DNA from: Babesia bigemina
Taxonomy: Eukaryota
Length of the DNA stretch: 64,000 nt
Direction: 5' to 3'
NCBI RefSeq assembly: GCF_000981445.1
Contig: NC_027218.1
Coordinates: 1,116,001-1,180,000, forward strand
Of the stretch, positions 1 through 10,633 are shown piece after piece. Each line of letters begins with the position of its first letter. Position 1 is the first letter of the stretch. The notes below the pieces were generated by a model. It was not told the origin of the DNA. It searched no databases and saw only the letters and a list, made by a program, of their open reading frames with translations. Both the position numbers and the translations under genes were made by a program.

Positions 1-493
1 TAGCGGTCCTTTCGTTGTTTTACAATGCGTATGGGTTCATTTATGATACGGTTGCAGTATGTTTGATGGCAAATTTCGTCAACAATGCTAGAATCTGGTT
101 GTACATGTCAAATCTGAATTATGCATTCGGCGTTAAATGTTGTTCCAATCACGTGATGAATTCTCGTTGCAATACAACTCCTTTTCGGTGGATTTTGAGC
201 GAGCTTGCGCCAGAAATGGGAAAATACGTGCTTATATGTTATCTGTTTGTGTCTTAATTTATGATTCCCCTAAAAAGGATGCACTTCGTTACATTGCGCA
301 TATACATGCTTGGCGTACCAACTATTTACATGCTTCTATACGTCACAGCCGTGGGTATTACATATAAAGTAGTTTATCTTCCATGTGATAGCGAACCATT
401 AGTTTTATATTGTCATGTTTTGTAGTGATTTTGTGATCTGTCTGGACTGTGCACGATTTACCAGTTTTCCACATCGACTCACAAAATATGCAG

Positions 494-1936
494 ATTGACG
501 TATCAAACCCTGCGGCAAAGAGCCTTATCGAGCTGAGTAGGTCTCAGGACGAGGAGGTCGGCGACGGCACCACCAGCTGTGTCATCCTCAGCGGACAGAT
601 GCTCGCCAACGCGGAGCCGCTCCTCAAGCGCGACATCCATCCTACCAAAATTGTCGATGGATACATAGAGGCCCTCGAGGACGCACTCGAGGTTATAGAT
701 GAAATCGCCACGCAGATCGATCTTGACGACGAGGAGGCTGTGAAAAGCGTAGTCCAGTCCTGTCTCGAGACCAAGTTCTCCAGCAAATGGGGCAACCTTA
801 TCGCGTCGCTGGCTCTCGATGCCGTACGTAGGGTCAAGGTTACACGCCCTAATGGACGAAGCGTAATCGACATTAAGAGATACGCCAAGGTAGAGAAAAT
901 ACCAGGAGGCATGCCAGAGGATTCGGTGGTGCTTGATGGGATTCTGGTCAACAAAGATGTTGTGCACCCTAGCATGTCGCGACGTGTTGAGAACCCCCGC
1001 GTACTCATATTGGACTGCACTTTGGAGTACAAGAAGGGTGAATCCCAAACCATCGTCGACATTACCGACGAAGAGGGGTGGGCAAAGTTGCTGGAACAGG
1101 AGGAAACCGAAATATTCAACATGTGTCAAAACATTATCCAAACAGGATGCAACGTAGTGGTAACGGAGAAGGGTGTCTCCGATTTAGCGCAACATTTCTT
1201 GTCCAAGGCCGGTATCAGCTGCATAAGGAGGATCCGTAAAACCGACGCCAATAGGTTGGCACGCGTTACCGGAGCAACAATCGTAAACCGCACTGAGGAG
1301 GCGCTGCCGAACGACGTCGGTACTGAATGCGGACTTTTCGAGGTCAGGAAGATTGGAGACGAATACTTCTCATACTTCGTTAAATGCAAGGACCCCAAGG
1401 CGTGCTCAGTTATTCTCAGGGGGTCGTCGAAGGACGTGCTCAATGAGATAGAGCGCAACCTTCAAGATGCGATGAATGTGTGCCGCAACATCATGCTGGA
1501 AGGCAAGCTGTTGCCGGGAGGCGGAGCCACTGAAATCGAGGTTGCATGCCGCCTTAACGCTAAACTAGACAGCAAGGCCGGACTCAAGAGGTGGTCCTAC
1601 CGTGCAGCCGCTAAGGCGTTCGAGGTCATCCCCAAGACTTTGGCGCAAAACTGCGGCGCGAACCCAGTGCGCGTGATCACCGAACTGACATCGCTCCACT
1701 CGGCCGGTAGTGTGAACGCAGGACTGGACGGCGAGACAGGTGAAATATGCGACACCATGAAAAAGCAAATCTTCGACACATATGCAGTTAAGGCGCAGAT
1801 ATACAAGAGCGCCATAGAGGCAACGTGTATGCTGCTCCGCATCGACATGATCGTCTCCGGTATCGGAAAGCGCGACGAGCCCTCGGTCGGCGAAAAACTT
1901 GCTGTCAACGAGGAAGCGCTGGATGCCCAAGCTTAA
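494..1936 (+). CDS. CCT3: T-complex protein 1 subunit gamma (CCT3), last exon; 5' exon(s) lie upstream, probably outside the window
   Basis: IDVSNPAAKSLIELSRSQDEEVGDGTTS, KRYAKVEKIPGG, LEYKKGESQT, LLRIDMIVSG are chaperonin gamma-type motifs. Acceptor tgcag ends at 493, just before IDV. Confidence 0.93.
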   Translation: MDVSNPAAKSLIELSRSQDEEVGDGTTSCVILSGQMLANAEPLLKRDIHPTKIVDGYIEALEDALEVIDEIATQIDLDDEEAVKSVVQSCLETKFSSKWGNLIASLALDAVRRVKVTRPNGRSVIDIKRYAKVEKIPGGMPEDSVVLDGILVNKDVVHPSMSRRVENPRVLILDCTLEYKKGESQTIVDITDEEGWAKLLEQEETEIFNMCQNIIQTGCNVVVTEKGVSDLAQHFLSKAGISCIRRIRKTDANRLARVTGATIVNRTEEALPNDVGTECGLFEVRKIGDEYFSYFVKCKDPKACSVILRGSSKDVLNEIERNLQDAMNVCRNIMLEGKLLPGGGATEIEVACRLNAKLDSKAGLKRWSYRAAAKAFEVIPKTLAQNCGANPVRVITELTSLHSAGSVNAGLDGETGEICDTMKKQIFDTYAVKAQIYKSAIEATCMLLRIDMIVSGIGKRDEPSVGEKLAVNEEALDAQA

Positions 1937-2229
1937 TATATTAACTCCTATAAATAATGTATTTACAGTTATATAAGCATCGTGATCACGGTAGATCGAG
2001 AGGTTTGGTTAATGAACGGCTGTACGGCGTTATTGGGGGTCAGTAGGTTGTTTTGTTTGTTTGAAGACCATTGCGAGATTTTTGATGTGAATCGTATGGG
2101 TCGGCATAGCAGTCAGAACAGCTTGGATACTAGACATTACGAGCACAGGCGTCTTATTGAGACGATATATTCTACTACATTAAGACGCGATGTAGCAGGC
2201 TGGATGTGGGTTGATTGAAGTATGTGGAA

Positions 2230-2487
2230 CTACTTTGACGTCTGCTCTTGAAGTTTGGAGTAAGAAGTGGACGCTGGCGTATCGTCGACCAAGTAAGCAC
2301 GCAACTTCTTGAATCCGGGGATAGGGTACCAGGAGAGGAAAAACACGATGATGATGGCGGCGAGGATAATTGCAAGTACAACGGCGAATCTCTTCGGTCC
2401 GCAGCATGGGCATTTACAGGTGAAAAGATTAGCACAACCTTCGTCACACTTAGTGCAACCGCATTGCTTAGTACATCGCGACGCCAT
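2230..2487 (-). CDS. Small Cys-rich single-pass membrane protein, ves-island family, copy 1 (85 aa)
   Basis: MASRCTKQCGCTKC...CKCPCCG, then a hydrophobic helix FAVVLAIILAAIIIVFFL and WYPIPGFKKLR. aagATG start context. Similar to six other ORFs in the window. Confidence 0.7.
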   Translation of the reverse strand: MASRCTKQCGCTKCDEGCANLFTCKCPCCGPKRFAVVLAIILAAIIIVFFLSWYPIPGFKKLRAYLVDDTPASTSYSKLQEQTSK

Positions 2488-3428
2488 CTTACACCAAACT
2501 TCCTTTCCAATCAACCTGCAAAATAATGAACAACCTTCTAAGACGCTGGTAGCTATTTGAGATGCGATAGATTAACTGCCACGGCAGATGAATGTGGTAA
2601 TGTATTTGCAATGCTACTTTTTGCAGAATCCGAAACGTATGCCGGCAGCCCGCGTCGAATATCTGTGGCACAGTGGGTAGGCATGGAGCCACCACATACT
2701 CTATTTCTCCAAATATATAAGGCTTAGTAAATTCAAGAGCTAGAAACATTTTCATCAGAACGGCAAGCTGTAGCCTGATCAGGTCTACATACCTCCGTGC
2801 TGTAGCATCACGCAATATGAGAAAGTAGAATATTCATACTTGACATGGTGGACGGTATTATTATATTTGATTTTGTAAATATAAGAACATTGAGTTTTCT
2901 CGTGGAGATTCTGCGCTACCAGTAATAGATAGTTCGGGGCTTAACTATCGATCCGGAAGCTGAAAATGAGAGAACACCCCGAATATACCGATTTGCAGAT
3001 TTTTGTGAGAGTACATTGTGTAAATATGCTTGTCTGACATTCAAACTGCCTATGTTAACATCGTTGTCGTCCGTTCCTCTTAACGAGGTGGCTGAACATG
3101 TTATACGGATTTGTCATCCAAATGTGCCCTAATATCACCAACTGCTGCCATACGTTCCAATCAGCACATGTAAATCAGGAAAAAGAACTGGAAAATCATA
3201 GAACACGTGATTCAGGTTCAACGGTGTTTTCAGCTTTCGTATTCACAGCCCTAGAGTCGATCTCCCAAGTAGGGATACAACGACCATAGCTGAAGGGTCT
3301 TTACCGTTCTACTACATTAGCATGACCATCTGCGTTCTAAAAGCTCAATACTACAAATGCACCTTCATACTCAAACGCTTCATCGGTCATCATCACATCT
3401 CGTTATTATTATGTTTTCTCCCCTTGCA

Positions 3429-4538
3429 GTGTGCTATGTGGCAACGTGCCTAGGCCCGGTTTTCGGTTTTGCGGGACTGCCGCCTCACGCCGATACCGGT
3501 TGCGGGTTCCACGTCGGTCGGTTGCCGATCGTCACTGGTGCCATCCATCCAGTTTGGGCCCGAGGGTCTTCTACGGAATCGCAGTCTTCTCTGGGTTTCA
3601 TGTCCTTCATTAGATAATGCATAGCCTTAAAGCTTATCTGCTAGATGAAAGCTCTCCGCTTTATATCCTCAACCACGTCTCTGTATGTCCTCTTCTTGTA
3701 TGCCCGTTTCCACCAGGTCGTCTTCGTTGACAGTCCCGTTCTCCACGGTTGTGAAGGCATTCTTTATACCATCTAAGATGATGTCTTCTGGTAGAGTATG
3801 CCCTCAGCCCTTATGAGATTCCTGGGTTTGGCATGGCACATTCCATCATTTCTATAGTCCTCCAGTTGCCCTCACTGCTATTCACTCATACCATCGCCTT
3901 TCAGCTAGATAAATGTTGACTGTGCTTCACAGTTACATCAGTAAAATTCAACATTGAGGTCACATTCTCATCAATCACGCATCGAGGATTCCGTTCCCTG
4001 TAAGGGATGCGGAGGGGTGAAACGCCATTACCCTTTCCGCTTCTCATTAACGGCATGCTCACATTCGTGTAATCTCCGCCCAGTTGCTCGAGTCACATTT
4101 AGGAAGACCGTTTTAGTATTATGTTAAAACCCTGCAGTGGCGGTGGGGCAGAGCAGTAATTGCAGGGAAGCGGCATCGAATTTGATACGAATATTAACTC
4201 GCAGCTTGCATCACCTCTAGCTGTTTCTTAAGGAGCTTGAACATTGGGCTGTATTCGGGAGGCTTCAGGGCACCTCCTAAGTGGATCATTTTTTCGAGCT
4301 GTCTGGGTGCTGGCGGTTGTGATTAGGTGAGCGAGGCGGATGCTAGTTTTGTCGTGAATATCGAATACTACATCAACTGAAGAGATGCTTAAGTAATGTA
4401 GTTTGGAGCACTGAGAGAGGAGTTTGCCAGTCGTCCAGTGCGTATCGCAGTTTTTGCAGGGGAGTCAAGAGACTGCAACCTCTAATAGTTGGTGGGTCTA
4501 TTAAGGTTGCGCATACGTTGAACTTTAGTTTTTGAACT
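3429..4538. repeat. Conserved ves-upstream block, copy A
   Basis: Aligns by eye with 25761-26873 and 43620-44708, e.g. cattgaggtcacattctcatc, cagttgctcgagtcacatt, gattaggtgag. Confidence 0.9.
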
Positions 4539-7500
4539 ATGGCGCCTAAGAAGCTCACTGACTGTCCGGAGAATCTCCGTGAGTCCATCGACTGGCTCAT
4601 ACAGGTTAGGCATGGAGGTGATGGTAACGGTCTTGAGCATTTGGGCAAAGCTTTGAAGAAGCTTATTGACGAGGCTATTGAAAATGCTTATACAACTAAT
4701 GTCGATGCGCTTCTCAAGCTCCTCAAGTCTGCCAAGTCTTACACGTGTTGTGAGGATAAAGTGACTAAAATCGAGACACTTAAGAAATCCGAAAAAGCTG
4801 CTGAAAACAGATTTGATGAGATTAAGAATAACTGTGAAAGCATAAGAGGTTGCTCAAAAAAACACCTTGACTCTTCCCAACAAAAATCCTTTGGTGAGAT
4901 TGAGTCCAAGTTGGATCAGCTTAAAAATCTTAAAGAGAGTCTTAAAGGCATCACTGATGAAACGAATTGCAAAGAACTTCTGACAAATTTATGTGATGGT
5001 TTGGAAACCTTCCTCGGCTTCAATCCATCTTCCAAAGGTTACACTGGCCAGGGCATCGTGTACGGAGATCTTGACAGGTTATGCGACGGGGTGATGGCGT
5101 TCTTTCTGGGCGTGTTGGAGAGTGTTAAGGATGATGACGACGTTATGACATACGACTCCAATAACAGTATGACAAAGCTTATAGACACTTTAAAAGGGAA
5201 TATACGTAAAGGTAATGTCTGTTTCAATGATTCCATGATCAAGGTGTCGACGTGGTTGAGCAGCCACGGTGAGGAATTGGGGCTGAGAACTGGTAATGTG
5301 GTTACTGCATTACGTTCACTAAGCGGCGATATAGACACCAATATTAAGAGTGTTAAGAATGTTAATACATCCCCTGTTAAGTTTGACCAGACCGTTTCCG
5401 ATTGGATTAGGACAGTGTTGGGTGAATTGAAAAAACATCTTGCATTAACTAACAAGTACATTTGCGGGCTTGATGAGTCTTTGAAAATTAAGTTAAAAAC
5501 TGACTTTGATCAAATCTCCACGGAGGTTCATCGTCTGCGGACGAGTGCTGATAGAGACGTGGACCAGCTTAGGAAGTTGGGTAAGATATTGGATAGTCGG
5601 CTTGAATCGCTACGAATCAACATTGACAAAGCGGTGGCAAAACAAGTTAAAAAATTTCACCACTTAATGACGGAACACATTGACATAATTCATGGACAAA
5701 TTCACAAAATTGATAAAATTCTTAAGGAGTATGTCAGCGGGTTGGAGGTGTGGATACGAGAATCGGAGAGGATTTTGACGAACACTTTGGATAAAATTGA
5801 AACGATATTGGATTGTGTAAAGGATGGGCGTAATGGAAATAAAGGAGCAGGCAAAACAACCCTCATCACTGATAAATCCACTGAGATGAAAAAGAATGCG
5901 GATGCATTGTGTGGTGCGTATCAGAAGGTCAAGGAGGATGTTCAGGCACAAGCTCTAAAAGCAGTTGCTGAGATTGGTGGATTGGAAAACGTATATAAAA
6001 ATAAGCTCAATGAGATGAAGAGTAAAATTGATAGTGCGGTAACGGATGCTGCGGCGGGAGTAAAGGGATTGCATAAGGAAGTTGAAAAAGGGTTAGAAGT
6101 CTTGCGATCTACGACGATAGATAGACCGATTCAGGCGGTAATTCGAAAGCTTAAGGAGGGTATTGGGGGAGCTAGTCGGGCTGATATGGCCATTTCTATT
6201 GTTCAAGATTTTTATCTTGGTCTTGGAGGTTCGGATGATGCTCCAAAGCTGTATGAATGGTCTAATAATGTTATGGCTGGCGGTGACCTCAATAATGCCA
6301 TAAAGGAATTGCAGCAAAATGATATCGCATTCAAAAGTTTCAAAGCAGTATTAACGCAGCTGGGGACCTTTCGAGCTGGTGTTGGTGGTGCGTACGGCAA
6401 AACGTTCTTCGATGTTCTAGAGAGCGACCTTAAAGCACAAGTGAAAGCGGCTATAGGCCAAATTAAACACGCTACAGGGCAACTCAATCTATTCTTCTCT
6501 GCTTTCCATACGCAGATAACAGGTAATTCAGATGACACAGTTCATGGGAAAATACAGAAGATTAAGAAGCAGTTTGACAATGATTTTGATACCAATATAC
6601 CAGGTGAACCTAAAATTAAGACAGAGGGAAGCATACTGCAGGATTACGAAGACAAAAAAGGCGCTCTTCAAACTGCGATAAACAAAACATACAATGAGGC
6701 TTTCGAGGCGGCCAACACGATGGTCACCAACATCACCAAAAATACTTTCTTAGGTTTACATAGAGAAATTACTGCTGAACTCCAAAAAATTGCCAATATT
6801 GTTTCTAATGTATCGGTAGGTAACGACAAAGGCCTCAAAGAAATCTTGACCGAGCTTAAAAATACAAAAATTATTGCAGATCTTACCGGAATAAAAAAGA
6901 ATTTTGACACATTGCGAACTAAATTCCTGAAAGACTTGGATACAGCAGTTGACACTTTGGTGGTAGATACGCTTTCCAAATTATCCGAATCGACAATAGA
7001 ATCCATAAATCAGTATCTGAAAGATCAAGTAAAACATACAATCGACGATATTAAAACCGACGCCCTCAAGCGCTACGTCATTTCTAAAACCAATGAGCTT
7101 AATGAGTTAAAAGATTTTGTCGAGAAGAGGCGCATTGCCACCCAAAAAACTATAGATGACGATTTGGCGTCTGGAATAAAAGGATTATTAGATAATATAA
7201 GTACGTGGTTTTACAGAAATGATGACATGAAAAATGTCACCGTTTTAGTATCCATAGCGGAAAAATTTAAGGACCTAAACAACCTTCTTCACAAGTATGT
7301 TAAGTTCCAGTATGATGGCTTGGAAGTAGAAGACGCTAGAGAAGACGATGTTGATGATGTAGATTCGGATTCGGCATCGTCATCCATTGTTGCACCACCA
7401 GCAATTTCCGGCGGTTACAAACCACGACCGATAGTGCCAACATTACCACCAAATGATACACGTGCACCTCAACCTGCTGGACGTGCAGGGTATTCTGGTC

Positions 7501-9905
7501 CAGTTCATTCTTCGGCAACACCCACAAGCCAAGTGTCTACCTCCCTGCACGCGCATAAAGATCCAATTGCGGAATATTTTGTAGCACTTCATTACTATTG
7601 TGACGGACTTTTGTCAAAGATCTCTGCCAATAGGTTCACTACGTATTTTGTATCACAACGTAACGAATTTGAAAAGTTCCTCAGCGCTATGCGTCCTTTG
7701 AATTTCTCCGGTCTTGGGAGCCCGTTGCTCGACGCCCTCAAATCCGGCTTACAATCGCTTCTCATGGAACTTGGCATGGTTTACATTTCATCATACGATG
7801 GAGCGGCGTATGATTTCAACTGGGCCATTGACGGGAATTCCGAGAAATGCGCCAGGGTGTTACTGACCATACTCGAAATTCTGTATAACGATTTGCATAA
7901 ATTATGGAGGGACTGTAAGCCTGATGGTGAGTGGAACTATAATAAAATTAATTTAAAAACGGACCTTGGAAAATGTTTCAAGCAGTGTGGTTATGATGTA
8001 TCCGAAGAAGATGATTCACATGAAGGACAGCTGAGAAATAAAGAAGAGTTTAAGGGTAAACATATTTATGACCATCTCAACAACTATATTTCCGGAGCTT
8101 TCAGAAATGAGCATTTCAAAAGTTGCAAATCAGTTAAACAAAACAACTTGAATGTCGTGAACAGTATTAGCTGTTTGTTTAGTCATCTTAAAGAATACTA
8201 TAAGGCATCCCACGTCAAACATATTTATTCACCTAGGTCACCGTGCAGTATCTTTGACATGATGTGTTGGCTGACTGGCTTGCGATTTAATCCTATGAAA
8301 AACAAACTTACGGAGTACATCGCAAAATCGTATGAAAACGAAACCGATAGTGAGACTAAAAAGATGTGGTCTGACTTGTTTGCCGTACGCCTACCCGGAA
8401 TATATAGACCAACATACAACGTACTTACTACTATCCTTGGACACGGTCATGCAGACGGTATATACGCCTGCGACTTTGTCAACAATATCTTCAATTTGTC
8501 ATATCCATCCGATCCATCGAAGTGCTTTGACCTTCTAGTATCAATATTGTATAGAGTGTATGAGCAGCTTTATTTCCTGCATCAACAATGTAGATATGGC
8601 AGAACTCTGAGTGGTTGGCGTGATTGCTGGTATGGCAAGGGTGTCGCTGGGTCATCATGGCAATGCAACAATAAGCAATCTCTCAACCAAGAATGTGACC
8701 AAACATGCAAGGAAGATTACAACTGCGGTATTAAATCGCCCCTGCAATCCTTCCTTGAAGACGGCCTACCAGGGTTCCTCCCTCATTCCATAACCAAGGT
8801 TGGTTGTGGAATCACCTGTTCAATGCCCAAGCACTCTGGCATCCCATGTCGGACGCCTATGGGCTTTACAAACATAGCTCTCAAAGCGTCGCATACCCAA
8901 AAAGGTCAAAGTATCTACAGTGTGCTAGATGATATCTGTGGGTATTCAGATAAACCGCTTAGCAAAATTTGTAGTTATATGCTATGCATATTCCGTACGC
9001 CTCCGAAAACACTAGGTGACATGTTTGCCTTCTACTGTAATTTCCTCAATGGGTGGGCACAAAATGGTAAAAATCATAGGAGTTTTGCTTTCCAAAGTGC
9101 CGTCAATGGGGCTTACTTTGGAGAAATATATTCCGATCTAGACGTCAATTCAATATTCACCAACGATAAATCGAATAACCATATCAACGGCAACTTGGCG
9201 TGCCTCATTAGTTGTGATCTATCGTACACCCCTGGGCAACAATGCGGTTCATATCTAAGACCATTTTATCGTGACATCCGGGTTACATTCCCTACAGAAC
9301 ATAATAGGCAATACCTTTCGTGGGTCGTATACCTGACGGAGACGTTCTACAAATTGCTTAAAGAATTGTATGAAGAGTGTTGCGGAAATTGTAAAGCAAA
9401 GGGTACAATTTGCCATGAAAAAAGCTGTTATCAGAATTGTCCGATAAAAAAATCCCCAAATCCGTCATCCACATCCGAACATGACGCTTCTTGCAAGTCC
9501 ATCGTTCACTGCACGTCTACGCTTCCCACCCTATGCAAATATGGTCTCTACTTTGGAAGCGCAAAATGGATTGCTGGCAAAGAAAGCCACAGGGTGAAGC
9601 GGACGTGCAATGATTTTTGCAGCGCCTTAGCAAACGTAATTTCGGAACAATCTGTCCTGGCCAGATTAGTACATAACACAATCCCGAATTTCCTATGGGC
9701 CATCCGCGTCCCTTTCTTCCACACCACCGTCGCCCTCTGGCTCCTCTCGCTGCTGTACCTCATCTATGTCTGCGTGGGAAGATTAGACCTCCTCCACATC
9801 AAATCGCATTTGCACTCACCCTCATCACATCGCATCGCCGCGCAATCACTACTTGCCGCCGCGCGTATCAACAAGCTCAACAAAGTGCTGTACCTGCAAC
9901 CTTGA
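4539..9905 (+). CDS. ves1-like variant erythrocyte surface antigen (ves1b/'Ebh-like' type), 1788 aa, intronless
   Basis: N-term KKLTDCPENLRESIDWL; GYTGQGIVYGDLDRLCDGVM; CGIKSPLQSFLEDGLPGFLPH; C-terminal TM helix and RLDLLHIKSHLHSPSSHRIAAQSLLAAAR...YLQP. Confidence 0.9.
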   Translation: MAPKKLTDCPENLRESIDWLIQVRHGGDGNGLEHLGKALKKLIDEAIENAYTTNVDALLKLLKSAKSYTCCEDKVTKIETLKKSEKAAENRFDEIKNNCESIRGCSKKHLDSSQQKSFGEIESKLDQLKNLKESLKGITDETNCKELLTNLCDGLETFLGFNPSSKGYTGQGIVYGDLDRLCDGVMAFFLGVLESVKDDDDVMTYDSNNSMTKLIDTLKGNIRKGNVCFNDSMIKVSTWLSSHGEELGLRTGNVVTALRSLSGDIDTNIKSVKNVNTSPVKFDQTVSDWIRTVLGELKKHLALTNKYICGLDESLKIKLKTDFDQISTEVHRLRTSADRDVDQLRKLGKILDSRLESLRINIDKAVAKQVKKFHHLMTEHIDIIHGQIHKIDKILKEYVSGLEVWIRESERILTNTLDKIETILDCVKDGRNGNKGAGKTTLITDKSTEMKKNADALCGAYQKVKEDVQAQALKAVAEIGGLENVYKNKLNEMKSKIDSAVTDAAAGVKGLHKEVEKGLEVLRSTTIDRPIQAVIRKLKEGIGGASRADMAISIVQDFYLGLGGSDDAPKLYEWSNNVMAGGDLNNAIKELQQNDIAFKSFKAVLTQLGTFRAGVGGAYGKTFFDVLESDLKAQVKAAIGQIKHATGQLNLFFSAFHTQITGNSDDTVHGKIQKIKKQFDNDFDTNIPGEPKIKTEGSILQDYEDKKGALQTAINKTYNEAFEAANTMVTNITKNTFLGLHREITAELQKIANIVSNVSVGNDKGLKEILTELKNTKIIADLTGIKKNFDTLRTKFLKDLDTAVDTLVVDTLSKLSESTIESINQYLKDQVKHTIDDIKTDALKRYVISKTNELNELKDFVEKRRIATQKTIDDDLASGIKGLLDNISTWFYRNDDMKNVTVLVSIAEKFKDLNNLLHKYVKFQYDGLEVEDAREDDVDDVDSDSASSSIVAPPAISGGYKPRPIVPTLPPNDTRAPQPAGRAGYSGPVHSSATPTSQVSTSLHAHKDPIAEYFVALHYYCDGLLSKISANRFTTYFVSQRNEFEKFLSAMRPLNFSGLGSPLLDALKSGLQSLLMELGMVYISSYDGAAYDFNWAIDGNSEKCARVLLTILEILYNDLHKLWRDCKPDGEWNYNKINLKTDLGKCFKQCGYDVSEEDDSHEGQLRNKEEFKGKHIYDHLNNYISGAFRNEHFKSCKSVKQNNLNVVNSISCLFSHLKEYYKASHVKHIYSPRSPCSIFDMMCWLTGLRFNPMKNKLTEYIAKSYENETDSETKKMWSDLFAVRLPGIYRPTYNVLTTILGHGHADGIYACDFVNNIFNLSYPSDPSKCFDLLVSILYRVYEQLYFLHQQCRYGRTLSGWRDCWYGKGVAGSSWQCNNKQSLNQECDQTCKEDYNCGIKSPLQSFLEDGLPGFLPHSITKVGCGITCSMPKHSGIPCRTPMGFTNIALKASHTQKGQSIYSVLDDICGYSDKPLSKICSYMLCIFRTPPKTLGDMFAFYCNFLNGWAQNGKNHRSFAFQSAVNGAYFGEIYSDLDVNSIFTNDKSNNHINGNLACLISCDLSYTPGQQCGSYLRPFYRDIRVTFPTEHNRQYLSWVVYLTETFYKLLKELYEECCGNCKAKGTICHEKSCYQNCPIKKSPNPSSTSEHDASCKSIVHCTSTLPTLCKYGLYFGSAKWIAGKESHRVKRTCNDFCSALANVISEQSVLARLVHNTIPNFLWAIRVPFFHTTVALWLLSLLYLIYVCVGRLDLLHIKSHLHSPSSHRIAAQSLLAAARINKLNKVLYLQP

Positions 9906-10633
9906 TACATCACCTCACCACCACTCACCTAACTCACTTAACTAGCAACCCACCGCCTAACCTAATACTCACCCAACTATATTACCTAATGTATACTCAG
10001 CAATATGGCAGTTACTGTAGTTCATGCATTAATAGGTTCGTGGTTTGGGATGTCGAGTTGTGAGTTAGCTGTGAAACGTGCCAACGTCCTCCCATGGTTT
10101 CAGTGGGCAGTGATGTTGGGTGGTAGGTTACTGATGTAGGCTAATTACAAGTCTTATGACTAGTGAAAGTGCGCCGTGTTCAACGTGATTGTTTGGCATA
10201 TTAGTCTTCTGCTCTGGTAGGCAATTAATCTACCCGGGGCGCTAATGTGATAGCCAGTAGACGGCGTGGTTGACAGTGATAGTAGCAGCGTCAATGAGAA
10301 ACGTATTAACCAGGTATTATAGCTCACTTAGACCGTCATTAGTGAACAAATGTAACAGCAGTCTTAGGCACTGCCAATGTCGGATAGTCTGATGGATGGA
10401 GTTGACTCAACGACTGACAACGGTTGACCTGCATGCCACGGCCAGGATACCGTCTACATGCGTAGCTTAGAACGTTTTGATGTTGTGATAGCTGCGTAGT
10501 CATGATGTGACTTGCAGTGCGTTGGACGGCGGTCATCTGGCTGCTACCGTAACGCCGATGGGGGACTTTCAATGTCCGAGCCTGAGGTACGTCATTCGTG
10601 GTTTGTGCGTTAATTGGAAGAGACAGAAGAACG
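9906..10633. repeat. Conserved ves-downstream spacer, copy 1
   Basis: Homologous to 32013-32733, 51585-52310 and the reverse complement of 59911-60641 (C-rich tail, gatgtcgagttgtg, ggttgacctgcatgccacggc). Confidence 0.88.

Noticed and set aside
503..1930. Long antisense ORFs over CCT3, and similar ones over tubulin, TBC, AP4E1 and the ves genes
   Set aside because: Shadow frames of real genes; no recognisable motifs.
3429..4538. Upstream blocks as LTRs of an intact retrotransposon
   Set aside because: No TG..CA termini, target-site duplications, or RT/integrase motifs were seen. Kept only as a relic hypothesis.
4539..9905. Horizontal transfer of staphylococcal Ebh
   Set aside because: Any similarity would reflect generic helical composition; the termini carry ves-family motifs.
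9906..9990. True telomeric repeat array or CRISPR-like array
   Set aside because: No regular tandem heptamer and no repeat-spacer periodicity; the sequence is eukaryotic.
9695..10063. Overlapping H/P/T-rich ORFs at ves 3' ends (also 31750, 51284, 51454)
   Set aside because: They arise from the conserved C-rich tail, and their frames and stops differ between copies.
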